From Candidatus Iainarchaeum sp. (GTDB lineage: Archaea > Iainarchaeota > Iainarchaeia > Iainarchaeales > JAZDEL01): 32,000 nt of DNA. Position 1 is the stretch's first letter; each line of letters starts with the position of its first letter. The notes under the pieces were generated by a model that did no database searches, had not been told where the DNA came from, and worked only from the letters and a program-made list of their open reading frames with translations. The translations under genes were made by a program, and so were the position numbers. This document shows positions 29,906 through 32,000 of this stretch, in pieces. The stretch is taken from positions 150,653-182,652 of the forward strand of contig JAZDEL010000009.1 of the NCBI GenBank assembly GCA_043808785.1, read 5' to 3'.

Positions 29906-29962
29906 CTAAAGGCCGGGCGTTTCCCGCGCACGGGCTAAAGGCGGGCGTTTCCCGTGCCACGG
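29906..29962. repeat. Tandem direct repeat (29 nt + 28 nt) in a convergent intergenic spacer
   Basis: CTAAAGGCCGGGCGTTTCCCGCGCACGGG (29906-29934) and CTAAAGGCGGGCGTTTCCCGTGCCACGG (29935-29962). They are followed by CTA, the reverse-strand stop of the next gene. Each unit contains CGGG...CCCG hairpin potential. Confidence 0.6.
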
Positions 29963-30904
29963 CTAGCCGCGGTAGTGCGCGAGTATTTCCCCCGCAGCCC
30001 TTTCCCAAGAAAAATCCTCCATTTCGCGCCTGAATTCACGTACGCACGAGGGCCTGTCTTTCAGGATGCCCAGAACCTTCTCAATAAACTCCCGACCGCT
30101 TGAAGCAGTAATAGTCAGCTGGCTTTTCATGGAATCGGGACCGATTACGGGGACGCGGAAGCAGTATGCCACGTGCGCAACCCCGCTCCAGTTGTTCTGT
30201 GTGTTTGTAAGCAGCGCGGCATCCGCAATCGTGAACAGCTCCGCTGTTTCCTTTTCACCCATATATTTCGGGTGCAAAACCGCAAAATCCGGAAGTTCCT
30301 TGAGGCCGCACTCGCCAAGGCTTGCGTATCCCTGCTGCCCCGCAATCAGAAGCATGGCATTCGGCCTTTTCCGCACAACGTCACGCATAATCCGCAGCAT
30401 TGACGCATAGCCCTTGCTCGGCCGTATTATGCCGTACGAAAGCACAACATCCTTTCCGGAAACGCCCCACTTTTTCTTGAGCATTGAGCGCGGCTGTTTG
30501 CTTCTGTGCTTCAGGTAAAACGAGAAGTTGCCGTGGGGAATCGCCGCTGTTTTATATGAAAAGCCCCACTCTGTTTTGTCGTGCACGAGTATTTTGTGCG
30601 CGGTTTTGTAGAGCAGGCGCTCGTACAGCCTGCTCTTCAGGGGCTTTGCGCCGCGCGCAGTCGGGCAGAAGCTCGTCACAATAACCCTCTTTCCTGCCGC
30701 GCGCCCGAGCATGAGAAGCGCTAGGAGAAAAACCTGCTTCGCATTGCCGAAGGTGTCGAAATTGTAGTGCAGCACGTTTGCGGAGGGAAAATCCCGCCAG
30801 CCAGCCGAGGCATGCACGCCCTTTTCCTTCAGCGCCCTCTCAAGCTCCCGCACATAGTAGTAAATGCCGCCTCTTTTCCCCCTGCCGAACAAAACCGCGT
30901 TCAA
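29963..30904 (-). CDS. GT-B fold glycosyltransferase (Glycos_transf_1 / GT4-like)
   Basis: 313 aa. The TTG start overlaps the upstream stop (TTGA). LSYGIIRPSKGYASMLRIMRDVVRKRPNAMLLIAGQ and ELFTIADAALLTNTQNNWSGVAHVAYCFRVPVIG fit the C-terminal GT-B signature. Confidence 0.7.
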   Translation of the reverse strand: MNAVLFGRGKRGGIYYYVRELERALKEKGVHASAGWRDFPSANVLHYNFDTFGNAKQVFLLALLMLGRAAGKRVIVTSFCPTARGAKPLKSRLYERLLYKTAHKILVHDKTEWGFSYKTAAIPHGNFSFYLKHRSKQPRSMLKKKWGVSGKDVVLSYGIIRPSKGYASMLRIMRDVVRKRPNAMLLIAGQQGYASLGECGLKELPDFAVLHPKYMGEKETAELFTIADAALLTNTQNNWSGVAHVAYCFRVPVIGPDSMKSQLTITASSGREFIEKVLGILKDRPSCVREFRREMEDFSWERAAGEILAHYRG

Positions 30905-31866
30905 AGTTTATCGCCCGCCCGCAGCGCGCCATAAATTGTGCCGAAAACAAAAGCGAAGCCGTCCGCAAAGCTGAGCGCGGCAAGCCCCGCAATATAATGC
31001 GCGCTGCGGAAGCCGAGGACTGAAATGCCGTTCCTCCTTATCGCGTGGTTCAGGATGGCTGCGGCAAAAGCCGCAATGGCGGTTGCCGCAAAAACAAAAA
31101 AAGCCGTAGACCAAAACAGCGATGCTATTCCCGCAAGGGGAATTGCGGCAAACAATGCGAATTTTGCAGCGGGAAATTCGCTTGGGTACGCGCGGAAGTA
31201 TGCAACACGCCCCGCGCTGTGCAGGAAAGAGCGTGAAATGCCCTGCAAAAAATTGCGCGGCTTGCCTGCATGGAACTGCACCGCGCTTGGCTCGAAGCCG
31301 ATTGTGAAGCCCGAGGCAAGCATGCGCTTCCCCAAGTCGCGTTCCTCCGCGACATTCAGCGATTCATTGAAGCCGCCCGTTGCCCCAAGAACCCCGCGCT
31401 TCATAACCCAGGCACAGAAAGGCGTGTAGTTTGCGTAATTCAAATCGTAATTCGCCTGCAGCAGGCGCAGGTAAAAAGTTTCGGGCTCATGCACCGCGCG
31501 CCTGTCCGCAACTGCATCAAAACTGCCGAGCGCGCCAGCGGCGAGGCCAAGCCACTCCCGCGAAAAAACAGTGTCCGCATCGCAGAATGCGACCACATGG
31601 CAGCGCGCAGCGCGCCACCCCGCGTTCCTTGCCGCGCTCCTGCTCCTTTTTCTGCGCGGAAAAACTACTTTCGCGCCCATGCGCCTTGCTATTTCAACGG
31701 TTCTATCATTGGAGCCGCTGTCGGAAAGTATTATTTCCGCTGGCACGAGGCTCTGGCCAAGCAGAGAGGATATGCATGCGGAAATAGTGCGCTCTGAATT
31801 AAGTGCGGGAATAACAACAGAAACCTTTATCGCACGGAACGGGCCGCGATTTCGCTTATCCTGCAT
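30901..31866 (-). CDS. Family 2 glycosyltransferase
   Basis: VSVVIPALNSERTISACISSLLGQS...EIILSDSGSNDRTVEIA...VAFCDADTVF carries the GT-A motifs and DxD. The C-terminal TM segments are typical of membrane-associated GT2 enzymes. Confidence 0.85.
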   Translation of the reverse strand: MQDKRNRGPFRAIKVSVVIPALNSERTISACISSLLGQSLVPAEIILSDSGSNDRTVEIARRMGAKVVFPRRKRSRSAARNAGWRAARCHVVAFCDADTVFSREWLGLAAGALGSFDAVADRRAVHEPETFYLRLLQANYDLNYANYTPFCAWVMKRGVLGATGGFNESLNVAEERDLGKRMLASGFTIGFEPSAVQFHAGKPRNFLQGISRSFLHSAGRVAYFRAYPSEFPAAKFALFAAIPLAGIASLFWSTAFFVFAATAIAAFAAAILNHAIRRNGISVLGFRSAHYIAGLAALSFADGFAFVFGTIYGALRAGDKL

Positions 31867-32000
31867 CTATGAAAACCCCTTTAAACCTTTACCTTTTTCT
31901 GCCATCCCATATGCCTCGTAGACATGCATCTATTCGTGCGTCGCGCTTAGCCGAGAGGGCCCCGGCGTGAGAGGCACACTATGTAAAGTCCGTATCGGGC

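Noticed and set aside
1-32000. CRISPR arrays, transposases or integrases, prophage genes, tRNA or rRNA genes, toxin-antitoxin or defence-system genes
   Set aside because: I found no spaced direct repeats beyond the two-copy repeats reported. No ORF has DDE, tyrosine or serine recombinase, or Cas-like motifs. I recognised no cloverleaf-like GTTCGAATC-containing segments outside coding regions. Visual scanning can miss tRNAs, so tRNAscan-SE should confirm.

Overview
The window looks archaeal and is moderately GC-rich by eye. All homology calls come from reading the translations by eye; no database search was run. Archaeal indicators: an AglH/ALG7-type GlcNAc-1-P transferase, a DUF1616-like gene pair, a single-domain KaiC/RecA-like ATPase, A/T-rich TATA-like boxes about 26-33 nt upstream of several start codons (leaderless-style), and oligo-T terminators. 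I found no rRNA, tRNA, CRISPR array, transposase or integrase.

Most of the window is a cell-envelope and glycosylation island. It holds four GT2 or GT-B glycosyltransferases, two or three GT-C-like polytopic membrane proteins, a polyprenyl-phosphate GlcNAc-1-P transferase, and four class I methyltransferases. One of these methyltransferases is GAMT-like, runs off the left edge and is absent from the ORF track. The island also has an ABC-2 exporter and several large secreted or anchored proteins with cysteine-rich repeats, PKD, CARDB and Ig-like domains.

The most interesting part is a compact RiPP-like cluster at 3516-6732. It contains a stand-alone PqqD/RRE gene followed by a lasso-type B2 transglutaminase-like peptidase (the split-B arrangement). 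Converging on these is an operon of an HPr-kinase-like kinase, a second PqqD/RRE and a radical SAM/SPASM enzyme. That operon ends in an unannotated 50-aa ORF (4279-4431, minus strand). This ORF has a lasso-style YxxPxI leader with Ser at the predicted -2 position. Its 3-Cys core starts with Ala1 and has Asp7, and its last residue is Ser. No Asn-synthetase-like lasso cyclase is present in the window. I read this as a hybrid, possibly undescribed, peptide-maturation system.

Secondary observations:
- a duplicated Cys-rich secreted protein next to the cluster
- a CGNxxCExGE(x4)C(x2)DC module shared by two surface proteins
- a conserved transmembrane plus cytoplasmic-tail module shared by two surface proteins that sit beside the KaiC-like ATPase
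- several small intergenic repeats
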